A DNA stretch of 64,000 nt from Eledone cirrhosa (lineage: Eukaryota): contig OZ024743.1 of NCBI GenBank assembly GCA_964016885.1, positions 153,388,001 to 153,452,000 on the forward strand, read 5' to 3'. Position numbers and translations under genes: made by a program. The notes below the pieces were generated by a model. That model was given only the letters and a program-made list of their open reading frames with translations. It was not told the origin of the DNA and did no database searches. Shown here in pieces: positions 50,809 to 64,000 of the stretch. Position 1 is the stretch's first letter. Each line of letters opens with the position of its first letter.

Positions 50809-52000
50809 TATGCAGATGATTGCGATCTTATAGCGCACACAGAGATTGATATGCAGCACATTTTGAATGCATTTTCTGATGCTTGCACTGCCCTAGGATT
50901 GACTGTCAGTCTCAAGATAACTGTCGTCATGTACCAACCTGCCCCTGATAAGCATAACAGTGAACCAAATATCTATGTATATGGTAAACAACTTGGAGTG
51001 GTTGATTAGTTTTCTACCTGGGAAGCACTGTCAATCGATACAGCGATCTTGATAATGAAATTCCAGTCAGGATTAGGAAAGCAAGTGATGCTTTCAGAAA
51101 GCTAGAAAGGTGCCTCTAGGGTCAGCGAGACATATGCAAGAAGACAAAGGTAAAGCTGTACAAGGCATGTGTGCTCTCTTCTCTTCTTTATCCCTGTGAG
51201 ACCTGGGGCACATATCGAGACTTCCTTAAACAAGTGGAGCGTTTCCACCAGATGTGTCTCAGAAATCCATGGTGCTCACTGGAGGGACCATATCAGTGAT
51301 GTGGAGATTTTGGAAAGCTCTCTGTGTGAAAGTATAGAAGCTCTTGTGCTTAAGAAAAGACTCCGATTGAGTGCTCACCTTGCCAGGATGTAGGATTCTA
51401 CAATACCGAAACAACTCTTTTATGGAGAGTTAGTTAAAGAAAAACGACCTCCACATAAACCAAAAAAGAGGTATAAAAATTCGTTGAAAGCCTCTTTGAA
51501 AGCCTCTTTGAAAGACGCTAACATCTCTGTTGATACATGGTAAAGCATAGCTGCTGATCGTAATAAATGGAGAAAGACTGGAGATGAGGGGAAAGTTGCC
51601 TTTGACGCATCTCAAATCGCATACAAGAAAGTAAAAAGGGAAGTGAGGAAGGGCATTGCTGTTGCATTTCCAGACAACGAAGGTCCTCCTATGGCGCTGA
51701 CATTCAGTGTTTGTTGGAGACTCTGCTTCAGCAAAGCTGGACTCGAAAGTGATCTTCGCAGTCATAAAGTGAGACCAGTGGTTGACTACCAGGCTACTGT
51801 TGGAGATGCTACTCATCATGCCTGTCAAGCATGTTGAAGAGAGTGTAGATCAGCAGGAGGGCTCAAACAACATGCAAAAGTACATGAACTCCAACCACAG
51901 CTGGCTATTGTCAGTGAATGTTTTGGTTGCCAATTCTGTGTAAGACATTTTAGATCATTGGCTGGGCTAAAAAGCCACATTCGATCGCAGCACCGTCAAT
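50800..52000 (+). mobile_element. 5'-truncated RTE/BovB-like LINE relic
   Basis: YADDCDLIAHTE, GLTVSLKITVVMYQP, YLGST, RIRKASDAF, LYKACVLSSLLYPCETW, PKQLFYGEL; C-terminal C2H2 fingers (CQFC..F..LAGLKSHIRSQH). Confidence 0.85.
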
Positions 52001-52228
52001 TGTTATTGTGTGTCTGTGTGTGTGTGTATGTGTGTGTGTATATGTGTGTGTGTGTAAGGTTAACTTTGCCTTTCATCCTTACAGGGTCGATAAAATAAAG
52101 TACCAGTAACGTACTGGGTAATTGCTGGCCTTGTGCGAAAAGTAGAAACAATTATTATTATTGTTGTTGTTATTATTATTATTATATTTATTATTATTAT
52201 TTCTTTTTCATGCAAAGTATGTATGTTA

Positions 52229-52662
52229 TGTCAGGTCGCCCATGAATGCTATTGGTAACATGTAATCCAGTACAACCTGTCTCATTGTCAGGTCATCAGT
52301 AACTAAACTGAAAACCCCACCAAGCTTGTTTGGTGAGGAGGGTGATATTTGGACACCCTATGGGATGAAATACAAGACCCGGCAAAAGGCAGAGGAACTC
52401 AGCAGAGTCAACGGCCATCCAAATAGTACTTTTTCTTTTTTAGCTGGGAGTGAAAGGCCCCCAGTTGTCACAGGACCTTTCTAAGACAGGGAAACTCTGA
52501 TAAAAAAAAAGAGCCTGTGGCTTCGGAAGCAACTGGTGCTGTTGACCAGTTCTCCTTTTTGGGTAGTGTTTTTGATGCTCAGAGAGTGGGATTGGTCGAG
52601 TGCAAGGCCTTTTCCCACTTAAAAAGAATTCAACGCACAGGCATTGCCTGTTCAGGATATGT
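52229..52662 (+). repeat. Family-B-related repeat with intact head
   Basis: TATGTCAGGTC head with hairpins; 3' part matches 50551-50808. Confidence 0.7.
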
Positions 52663-53829
52663 TACAGGTTAGTGTGGCTGAGCACAGCCTAAAAGTACAC
52701 CATTTTCTTTAATCTGATAGCGATTGCAATACTGTTAGCAGATTTTGCAGCTATTATGTAAGTATATATGTTTTTCTGGTTTTATAATTTTATAAATGTT
52801 TACCAATAAAGAGAGAGTCAGTTTCTAACATAGATACACGACTCTCTCATTGGAATTTAAACAACATCAATCAGGTAGATATGTTTGTATGTATGTCAGG
52901 TCACTCTTGAGTGCTACTGGTAACATGAAACCCAGTACAACCTGTCACATGGTCGGGTCGTCAGTGACTAAACTGCCAACCCCACCGAGTTTACTTGGCG
53001 CGGCGGGTGATTTGGGACACCCTGCAGGACAAAAACAAAACCTGACAAAAGGTGGAAGAACCCATGAGTCAACAGTTACCCCAAAATGTGTAAATATGCA
53101 TATACATATGTATATATGTGTATATACATATACGTATATACATGTATGCATGTGTATGTATATGCATGGGGACATAGAAATAATCAGGCTGGATACTCGA
53201 TCACGCAGTTAAACCACTGGTAGTGAAGGACCCCTAGCCTTTGTCAGGGCATTCTTCTAGGAGAAGGCAACTCAGGAAACTGGGATAACTCCAAACATAA
53301 AACCTGCGGCTCAGTAATTACTGATGATGTTGATCTTTTCTTCTTTTCGGGTTATAGCTACTGTTGCTCAGAGAGTGGGATTGGCTCAGTGCACAGTATT
53401 TCCTCACTTTAAAAAAAATTTCATGCACAGGTATTGCACGATAGCATTAATTAACAATTATTAATAATGTATTGTGCCATGACCATACTCGATAACGAGG
53501 GGGCAGTCATCAGGTATGTATGTATGTATGTATGTATGTATGTGTGTGTATGCATGTATGGGCAAATGCATTCGATGTTCAGAGAGTGGGATCGGCCCTA
53601 TGCAAAGCCTTTCCTCGCTTAAAAAAGCTTCAGGCATTGCTTTATATGTGATATTTTTTGTCATACATAGTATTGCTGACCATAGGCAAATCCATAGCAG
53701 GACTAAAAAGCCACACCCAAGATGCTCATGCTTAAGTATCAAACAAAGGCATTACTCGAAATCAAGTTGCAGCCATCATGTATGTATGTATGAATGTATG
53801 TATATATGTATGTATGTATCTATGTATGT

Positions 53830-54438
53830 GTGTCAGGTCACCAGTTGGTGGTACTGGTAACATGTATCCCAGTACAACCTGTCTCATGGTCGGGTCATTG
53901 GCGACTAAACTGGCAACGCCACCAAGGTTTCTTGGTGAGGAGGGTGACTTTGGACATCCTGCAGGACTAAAAACAAAACCTGTCAATGGGCAAAGGAGCT
54001 CTTAAGTGTCAATGGCCATCCAAAATCACCAGGAGAGATGACCCCTTAGCCTTTCAAGGCAGAATTCTAGGAGAAGGAAAACTCTGATATAACACCTGCA
54101 ACCCTGATTGTATCCAATGATGTTGACTTGTTCTTCTTTTTGGTAAATATCATCTTGGTTAAGAGAGTGGGACTGGCTTTATGCAGTGCCTTTGCTCACT
54201 ATAAAAGCTTCACGGCACAGGCATTGCTTTATATCTGGAGATCTCTCTGCACTTGTCATCACATGGTACCATGGGCCCAGCACTATGTGTCAATAATTGT
54301 CACAAGTGTAGTGTTTGTACCAGAGTTTTCAAGTCGCTGACTGGACTAAAAAGTCACACTCGTTCAGTGCATCGGTAGGGGTTCTCCTACATGGATATAA
54401 AGTAGTGGCCGTACTCGAAAACGAGTTGGCAGCCACCA
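53830..54438 (+). repeat. Repeat family B copy
   Basis: Aligns end to end with 8168-8777. Confidence 0.8.
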
Positions 54439-55704
54439 TGTATGTATGTATGAATGTATGTATCTTTTCTTCTTTTCGGGTTATAGCTACTGTTGCTCAG
54501 AGAGTGGGATTGGTCCAGTGCACAGTCTATCCACACTTTAAAAAAAATCTTCATGCACAGGCATTGCATGATAGAATTAATTAATAATTATTCATAGTGG
54601 TATATCATGCAATGACCATATTCGATAACGAGGGGGGAGTTGTCATGTATATATGTATGTACTAGAATGGCCTCTTCCCCCTCCTCCTCTCCATAAGTTA
54701 TCTAATTACATACTACCTTCATCAAAGTTCACCAGAAATACTCACCTCTCCTTCTTTATTCATCCATGCATATACTAACCAAGTTTACTTAATCGTTCCT
54801 TTGCTAAGCATCATCTCTTTACAATTTCTTCTCTACAATTATTCTTGATAAACATTCAACTGACTAAATCTCACATATCTCTAACAACAAGTATTTAAAG
54901 GCCACCTGTCTTCCTAAGTCAAAGGTACCTTTGTTGAAACTATGATAAGCTTTATACCCTTCATGAGGGCATTTTATGGATGGATGCACTTCCTAGGGTC
55001 AGCCCTTTTAGTCACCTCTTACAAAATACAAGAATATGGTCTATCTATTCTAAACCTGAAAAATTCATTGATGCAGTTACTACACCTTGTGTAACAGGCC
55101 TTTATTCTAGAAGAAACTTTGTGCTTTTCCACATCTGTATCTGAATTACCATTAATTTACACTCACTTCCCTCTTACTATATGGCTGCATCTACATAAAC
55201 TTTTCACTACCTTCTGACAAACCATTGCAAATACATTTTTTTTAAAAGTTAGAAGTTAAAAGTATAAAACTATAAGACCAAGATGCAGTAAAAGAATATA
55301 GATGTTTGTAGCAGTGACCCATTAAGACCAGAATAAGAAAGGTTTCAATGAAGTAAAGAATCCAAAATAGTTTCAAATTGTGGGTCCTTTTTTTCTTTTG
55401 TTAGAAATAGTGATAAGCAACAACAACAAAAAATTAAAATCTACATTCTAATCCTAGAGAGTCTTTTATGGAGTCTAATCTGTTACATGCTTTCAGACAA
55501 AGTATCATCCCTCCAGACTGATCTACTTTGTTACCATTCTGTGCTGTATAGCACATCTGTTTGTCCATGGATGGTTTCAGCAACATATCAGTTTTTCAAT
55601 GAGAAGAGATTACTAGACTCTCACACAACACTTTTCTCTTTCTGGAGAATGGGACACTATGATTATTCTCTCATGATATTTCTCTCAGAGCAACATAGCC
55701 AATT

Positions 55705-55760
<56 letters not shown>

Positions 55761-55847
55761 GCGATGGATGACAATCAACTCCAGTATTTAATGATATTTT
55801 AATTAACAACTTTAGTACATTGCTGGTAATATATTTATCAACCGAAG

Positions 55848-56012
55848 AAGTGGATTGGCAGCATTGGTAGAGGGTCGGACTCTATGCTTTGCAGTATAGA
55901 GTTACGGCCCTTTGCGATCTGAGGTTAACTTTGCCTTTTATCCTTACGGGGTTGATAAAATAAAGTACTAGTAATGCACTGGGATAATTGTGCCAAAAGT
56001 AGAAAGAATTAT
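55848..56012 (+). mobile_element. tRNA-derived SINE, internally deleted copy
   Basis: Same head and core as 24628-24812. Confidence 0.65.
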
Positions 56013-58409
56013 ATTTATCAACTGCAGGCAAAGTTAACTTCGGTGGCAAAATGAAATCAGAATGCAGAAACCTGGAACAATTGCAAGGCATTCTATATGA
56101 CACTCTATTATTATTCATTTTCTGCTTGGGCTGCATATAGATAATTTGATATTTTCATGCATTGCTCCCTTATGCAGCAATGCTCGGTTCATGATTTTTG
56201 CTTCTGTTCCCTTATCAGTCTTAGAAATTGTGCAAAATGTCATATGCATTGCCTTTCCAATACTAAATTATAAAAGAATTAATTAAACTTCTGTCCTGGA
56301 AACAGAGATATTTTGGTTTGATACACAAAGCCTCAAACTATATTCAAATGAGGCTCAATAGCTGTAATGTTTACAAGTCTAAATACAGATATTGTTTTGA
56401 GGCTCTTGGTCAAAATACATAATTGTTTCGTTCTGGCTACTATTCCGATAATGAATTCCATTTCTATCTCACACTTTTGTGGTAATTCATACACAAAACT
56501 ATATGCTTTCAACGAAAAAATATTAGATATTCATCATTGAGGCTCTATTATGTAATTCAACTGCAACAAAATCTTCCTTAACTCCCAACCTACAGTCTTA
56601 AGTAAAGCAGAATACATTGGACGATGTAAGATCTGATTTAAGAAAATAGAAGGGGTTGTTTCTATAGTGTTTTGGGGCATATATCTGCTCATTCAGAATT
56701 GTTTAGGGTTAAATAACAACAAAATGGAGTCAAGCAATTTTTTATGAATTACTGATGAGTTAAGTGGAATAATTTATAATATCATTTAAAGTAAATGATT
56801 GTTTAAATATGCTAATATTTGTTTGCACTTTATAGCATTTGACATAGGAAAATAGAAAATATATTAATTGAACAAAACAATTCTTTAAGCTATTTGTTCT
56901 GTATTGAGCTACAGGTACATCCATGTCAACCTCTCTGTAAGAAGTGTAATGAATCTGTAATTAGCCCATTAGAAATCTGTAATCAATGATGTTTTTATTC
57001 TCAAACTGTGATAGAAAACTAATAAAAAGTGCACAAAACATAAATTAGATGTAAATCTTGACAACAAAAATTAGACAGAATTGACAGAATCATTACAGCA
57101 TCGGATGAAATGCCTGTAGTATTTAGTCATGGCCCTTTATACTTTGAATTTAAATGCTGTCAAAGGCAATTTTACGTTTCATACACTCAGGGTTGATAAA
57201 ATACAGTACCAGTCAAGAACTGATGTTGGTTTAATATTTTGATAAATCATCATATAAGTGAACAGAATTAAAATAGAATCCTAAGGGACTAAGACGTTTT
57301 GTTTTGTAATTGGGTACAAGATGAACAGTAAAAGCAGCTTTGGGGTAACAAACATGTTAGAAAAGCAGTAAAAAAAGATAAGAACTCAGACATAATCATA
57401 ATTTGACATCTACTTTCCATATTGATATGGTTGGATGAATTGTCACAGTCTGAATCAATTCTTATTTGGTGTTAGTGTTCTACTAGTAAAGATGGAGGAC
57501 TATTTTTCACTTATATGTTCCATCCATTCTTGACATGGATTCTGTGGTTGGATGCTGTTCCTAACACTAACCACTTTATACAGTGCATTGGGTATATTTT
57601 ATCCTGACACTAACACCAGAGAAGTTGTTATGACATTGTCAAGGCTAATGTGTCCTCTTGAATTTATGTTGCCTATGCTCATCCAACAGCCTCTTTAAAA
57701 TGTGTATTGAATGCATTTTATGATGGTACCATCACTACTGAGATTGCTTGTATCCTGCAAGACAACATTTCTCTTGAGTATTTATTTGTTCAAGTCAACA
57801 TGACCAAGATGGTGAATTGAAGAGAGATCAATGACAGAAGAAAGAACAGGTTGAATGAGTTAAGGGTGTAAGTGTATAGTGGAAAAATTAGAGAGATTTG
57901 GAGAAGAGGATAGTAGAAGAAAGAACAATTGAAGTCATAGTTCTTGAAGGGATAATAGAAGAGTGAGTACTGGAGAGGATAAAGGAATATCCTTAAAAGA
58001 ATTGACTAAATTCAATGAAGAATGTTGAAGGACAGAAACGATGTGGTTTAGCACCAGGTCAACTAAGATCGAGCAGACTTAGACACTTTATCTGTAACTA
58101 ACATATCTTTTTGAAGTATCTAGAACTACATTATCTAATGTATATTGTCCCCTTTTAAGACAATAGAGTGTGAATTGATAAAGATTTGGCTGCTATTTCT
58201 ATGACTAGTTAGAGAATCTATTCGTTCCTGTAGGTTCTATGTAGCAACTGATGGCAACTAGAGATATAACTTTGAATTGTTGATCTATATAGGTAAAGTA
58301 AAGAGTCTTTAACTTTTACTGAAGGATTTTTGGGGAAGATGCTGTCCTGATACCTGATATGGTTATTTTGACCCTGGTGAAGCCTATTCTTCTCTAGGTT
58401 CAGACATCT

Positions 58410-58534
<125 letters not shown>

Positions 58535-58598
58535 GTGATAGAACACTGGAAGGTAATATTCGTAATTGTAGAGCACTCAGCCATGGGACGAGTTAGGT

Positions 58599-58766
58599 AG
58601 AAGTGGTTACACAACACTTAATTCACCATACCGAGAACAATTGTTTCACCTTAGTGGATCCTCAACTCGTAATGGACATGGTTATACCATGGTATAACCA
58701 TGTCCATTACGAGCTGCTAAGGTGAAACAATTGTTCTCGGTATGGTGAACTAACTGTTGTGTAACC

Positions 58767-58772
<6 letters not shown>
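58599..58772. repeat. Palindrome of about 170 bp with a hammerhead half-site (GAAACAATTGTTC)
   Basis: Centred on ggttataccatggtataacc; arms gtggttacacaaca..tgttgtgtaaccac. Confidence 0.85.
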
Positions 58773-58849
<77 letters not shown>

Positions 58850-58856
<7 letters not shown>

Positions 58857-59097
58857 TATAAGAACAGATTAAAGTTTAAGCAAATAATCGCTGCTTTCAC
58901 CCAATATGGGATCTTCTGAAACTCCCGTTAAGAAGATCCCATTAAGAAGATCCCGTTAATGGTGAAAGCAGTGATTCTTTGCTTAAACTTTAATTTGTTC
59001 TTATAATAAATATTTGCTCTATGAGTTTATATATATATAATATATATAATCCATACTGAGCCCTCTTCGGATTTTAGTCTTCACATTTATTATTACT
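58850..59097. repeat. Family A fold-back copy
   Basis: Inverted arms tttattataagaacagattaaagtttaagc / gcttaaactttaatttgttcttataataaa, with short duplications at the turn. Confidence 0.75.
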
Positions 59098-59139
59098 ATA
59101 TATATATGTATATATATGTGTGTGTCTGTGTGTCCAGGA

Positions 59140-61080
59140 TGATAAAGATGAACTTGCTCTCACAGATGTCAAGAAGAAAGCTGCATGGAAGAGCCCATAT
59201 GAAAGATTACTGAATGAGGGGAATGCATGGGAGAAAGATACCCTACCCAAAGTGCACCCCATAGAGGGCCCAGCAGTACAATCAGCAGCAGTGTAGTACA
59301 TAAAGCAATTAAGAATACAAAGACTTGGAAAGTAGCTGGTTCATCAGGAAAAGTTGCCAAAATGCTGAAAGCATCTTAGTCAGGAGGTCACATCATAACC
59401 ACACATACTGTAAACCAAGAAATACTAGATGGTGTCATTGTTAACTGCTACAAGCGTAAAGGAGATGCCCTAGATAGAGGAAACTGTAGAGGCCTAAAGC
59501 TAATGGACCAATTCAATAAAGTAACAGAAAGAGTTATAGCACAGCTGTTTAGGGACTGGGTAAATCTAGATGAAACGCAGTTTGTATTTGTGCCAAGGAA
59601 AAGCACCGCAGATGCTCTCTTTGTTGTGAGGCAGTTACAGGAAAAGTACCTAAGTAAAAGTTAGCTGCTCTACATGGGGTTTGCCGATCTGGAAAATTAT
59701 TTCAATAGAGTGCCCTGTGCCATAATCTGGTGGGCTCTTAGAAAACTAGAAGTAAATGAGTGGCCTGTGAAGGCTGTACAAGCTATGTATAGGGGAGCAG
59801 TCAGCAAAGCTAGGATTAACAATGAGTGTAACAAGGAATTTACGGACAGGTTGGCGCCTGTTCTTAGCCACCAGGGCTCTGTTCTTAGTCCTCTCCTGTT
59901 TATCAACCTACTACAGGCTTTTAAGATCGGCAGCCCATGGGAACTCCTGTCCGTGGATGATCTTACACACATAGCTAAATCATCATCATCATCATTTTAC
60001 GTCCGCTTTTCCCTGCTTGCAGGGGTGGGACGGGAACTGATTCTGGCTTGATTTCTACAGCTGGATGCCCTTCCTAACACCAACCTCATTTACAGTGAGT
60101 GCTGGGTGCTTTTTTGCCGTGGCACCTCCACGACCACTTTGCAGTGGAATGATATGGACCCTAGTCCCTATCATCTCATTTCTACAGCTGAGTAAATCTA
60201 TGAAGAAATTTCAAACATGGAAACAAGGTCTAGAAACAAAGGGTCTTAAAGTCAACCTGACAAAGACTAATGTCCTAGTAAGTTGTAGAGAAAACAAAAC
60301 CCCGATCCCCTCAGGGAAATGGCCTTGCTCAGTATGTAGGAAAGGTGTAGGTAGAAATTCCATCCTCTGTCCCAAATACAAACTATGAGTACTCAAGCGA
60401 TATAGTGGGATCTCAGGAAGTTTAGCTATGTATGTAGGCTTTACATGTAGCAGCTGCACCAGGACAGTAAGCAGCAAACAACTACAGGAAACAAGCACTA
60501 TCAAATTCTGGGACAGCTCAGTAGAAACATTAGACAGCTTCTGCTGCCTGGGTAACCAAAATAGCAGTGGAGGAGGGTGTTCTGAAAGTACAGTAGCCAG
60601 TGTAAGAAGTTTAGGGAGATACTACCACTAATTACTACAAAAGCCTCAAAATGAAAGGCAGACTTTATGATGTGTGTATATGAAGAGCATTGTTGCATAG
60701 TTGTGAGACCTGGGCATTGTGTGCAGAAGACTTACATAGATTGGAAAGAAATCAATCTTGCATGCTCTAATAGTTGTGTAATAGTAATATACATGAACAA
60801 CAGAACATGAACGAATTGAGAGAGAAACTATGCATAAGAGGATCCAGATGCAGTGTGCAGGAGAGGAGATTGCATTGGTATGGATGTGTGATGCATATGA
60901 AGGATCACAGCTGTATAAAAAGTGCAGAGTGTTCAAAGTTGATGGACGTCTTGGAGTGGGGAGAGCCTGGAAGACTCGGGATGAGGTGATAAAAGATGAC
61001 CTCGCCTAATTGCACCTCTCAATGGCGATGACACACGACCAAGATCTCTGGTGTTATGCAGTAATATGGAAGACCCAAAT
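59140..61080 (+). mobile_element. RTE-clade LINE RT relic, interrupted by a SINE
   Basis: KGDALDRGNCRGLKL, STADALF..RQLQEKY, FADLE..FNRVP, HQGSVLSPLLF, LLSVDDL, GLKVNLTKT, WPCSVCRKG. Confidence 0.85.
59977..60198 (-). mobile_element. SINE (same family as 19850) inserted in the RTE LINE
   Basis: Reverse complement of about 19896-20160; TAAATC on both sides (possible target-site duplication). Confidence 0.75.
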
Positions 61081-61460
61081 TCCCACAGGAACAGGCCCTA
61101 ACTGAAGTATATCTATATATAGTATGCACCACCCCACCCACTCCCATACACCCCCCATGAGGTCAAGCTGAAATATACATCCAGTGAAGCCTCCAGCCCA
61201 CACTGTAAAGTGGTCGTGATGGTGACACAACAATAAAGCACCCAACCCACACTGTAAAGAGTTTGTGTAGGTGTCATAACAAAAAGCACCCAGTACTTAC
61301 TCTAAATGAGGTTGGTGCTTGGTAGGGCATCCAGCTGTAGAAGCCAAGCCAAAATCAGTTCTGTATGAGCAAGACGTGGTCACTTGACCTGGCATTGTTT
61401 ACAACAGGATAACTCGTTTAACCCATGCTAGCATGGAAAATTGGATGTTAAACAGTGATG

Positions 61461-61516
<56 letters not shown>

Positions 61517-62879
61517 AACTATTTTAGAATATGTTATGTTTTGCCTTGAGAAATGTCATGGGAAAAAAGTCATAACATCCCTTTCCTCAGAAATGGTAAA
61601 GATTTGAGAGAGAGGCCAGTAACTTCTTTTCAAAGAAAGACTGATGTTAATGGAACTGTTCAAGGATGTGTCAATGTGCAGTAGAATATGAGACAGAAGT
61701 GGAAACAGAGAATGTGCTGGTGCAATAAAAATTAACTGTATGTTTTATCCTATATTTAATATTTTATTGTTGATAATTGTTGTTTAATCGTTGGTCAGCT
61801 CTAATTGAATATATTAATGATCAAAGGCATGCCACCGATCTTATTTTATATCAATATCTCACTCCTATAGCAGGGTTTATTTTCAGGGAGTTTTGGCTGC
61901 TACGTCTAGTAAAACAAGCAACTACAAAGAAATTTGTTTGTCTGCTTGTAATCTACATTGTTTTTGAAAGAGTGGGTATGTTTCTAGTTCGTATAAATAC
62001 AAGATTTTATACAGAGAGTTTTTATTTCTTTTTTAATTTCTGATTCTAATTTGTGAATATTTTAAAATATTATGATATACTTTGAACTTTCCAGAACTGA
62101 TGAAATAGTTGAACAATTTATAGTTCAGATAATGTTTTGAATTTTGTGTAACATTACATACATTTGAAACTTTCAATTCCTTTGATTTTCCAGATGCATG
62201 TAGCAACCTTTAGGTGAGTAATTTCCATAAAACCTATTTCAACACATACAAATCTCACATATTTAAAAATATAATGGATATTGTTCAATGAAAACATATA
62301 TAAGAAATGATCGAAAAAATTATTTATTTCACATATTGCTGATATGAATAATCAAACAACTACACTGGTAAGTTTCCTATGATAAATTATTCTGTGAAAT
62401 ACACTTTTTATTCCCTTGCCATACTACAAAAATATATAAGACAGCAGAATATTAGAATAGTAGATATTTGAATATAGCTGAATCTGTTTAGCATTTTCCA
62501 CCTGTCATTAAGAAAGGTCATCAAAGGTTAACATTTAAAAGATAAATTTTCCAGATTCTTAGTCTAGCTTAAGTTATGTATATGAAAAATTCATAGCAAA
62601 ATCAGAGAGAACACAGTTTTATTTAAAACACATGCACATACTACAAATAAGCAAGCATGAACAATCATGATTAATGTTCCACTATATATATTAGGATGGG
62701 AGGTATATTTAATTATCTTCAGTTTCTTGAAAGTTGTATGATATTGAACACATTGTTGATTATCACACAGAACTTATTAATTTTGTTAGCTATTACAGTC
62801 TATGCAAGATAGAAATAGTAGACATTGAATTGTGACTGGTAGATAGTATCAGCAATGGAAAGAACAATGGAAATGGTGG

Positions 62880-64000
62880 AACAAACACAAGAGAGGTATT
62901 TATTTAAGAGTAAGCCACTGTATCTAGCATTTGTAGATCTGGAGAAGGCTTTTCACAGAGTCCCATGCTCTTTAATCTGGTGGGCACTTAGGAACTTAGG
63001 AGCAGATGAATATTTTGTGAGGGCCATGCAGCCCATATATAGAGGAGTAACCAGCAGAGTGAGAGGTGGCAAAGAATACAATATTAAATTTAAAGTGCAG
63101 GTGGGGGTCCACCAGGGATCAGTCCTTAGTCCACTCAAGTTTATCATTGTACTTCAGGCAATCACCGAGGAGTTTAAAACTGACACTCCATGGGAGCTCC
63201 TATATGCTGATGACCTAGTCCTCATAGCTGATCTGTAGGGGAGTTACAAGCAACATTTCAAGTATGGAAGAAGAACCTAGCAATGAAATGCCTTCAAGTA
63301 AGTTTAGCAAAGATGAATGTTGTAATAAGTAGGAAAGAAGACAGGAAGGTGATACCATTAGGAAAGTGGCCTTCTTCAGTGTTTCAGAAAGGGCTGGGCA
63401 AAATTCCATAAGATGCACCCAATATAAATTATGGATGCACAAACAATGCAGGTAGGCTAACAGAAAAGATAAACTTCATATGTAATAGATGTACAGGGGA
63501 AGTGAGCACAAAGAGCACATTTGAAATAGATTTGCTCAGCTGCGAGGGGAGTTCTCTAGAAATTGTTAACAGCTTCTGCTACTTAGGAAATCAAATTAGT
63601 ACTGGAGGAGGATGTGCTCAAATTGTAATAGTTATGATAAGAATAAGCTGGAAGTTATTTAGAGATCTATTATTACTGTTAACATGAAACTGTTTTCTGT
63701 CAGAGTGAAGAGTAGACTGTATGATGCTTGTGTGTGAAGTGTATTGTTATATGGTAGTGAAACATGGGCCTTGACTGCAGAAGACCTGAAGTGGCTAGAA
63801 AGAAATGATCCGAGTATGCTTTGATGGATGTGTAATGTTAGTGTGCATGAGTGACATAGTATGAGCAAACTGAGGGAAAAACTTGGCATGAAAGGAATTA
63901 GATGTAGTGTGGAGGACAGAAGACTGCATTGGTATGGACATGTGATGCACATGGAAGATGGCAGTTGCATAAAGAAATAATGCAGAGAAAATCCAGTGGT
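62880..64000 (+). mobile_element. RTE-clade LINE RT relic (runs off the window)
   Basis: AFVDLEKAFHRVP, GVHQGSVLSP, LLYADDLVL, FCYLG, LLYGSETW, RLHWYGHVM. Confidence 0.88.

Noticed and set aside
55487-55771. 94-aa ORF as a possible exon
   Set aside because: No motif, and it ends in a (GA)n microsatellite.

Overview
Eukaryotic, AT-rich, microsatellite-dense genomic DNA. It is most likely a cephalopod such as octopus; this is inferred from the very expanded, divergent rRNA genes and the RTE, Dong/R4 and Penelope repeat mix, not from a database match. No intact host protein-coding gene is supportable. The centre (about 36560-50553) is a single orphan 45S rDNA unit on the minus strand (IGS with three Pol I promoter-like copies and 5x202-bp repeats, 5'ETS, 18S, ITS1, 5.8S, ITS2, 28S, 3'ETS/IGS), embedded in ordinary repeat DNA. 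Its 28S carries the 5' 1.3 kb of a clade-A-type R2 retrotransposon (three zinc fingers plus Myb, candidate HDV-like ribozyme) at the canonical R2 site. One deletion removes the rest of R2 together with the 28S peptidyl-transferase and sarcin-ricin region, and a second removes the 18S 530-loop region. The flanks hold decayed Penelope-like (Naiad-like) elements with several hammerhead ribozymes, including a multi-copy family with a fixed non-canonical CAGAAGA core, plus RTE, CR1 and Dong/R4 LINE relics, SINEs, a non-autonomous Helitron, palindromes and a locally templated mosaic. Element boundaries were read by eye and are approximate unless a motif position is quoted.
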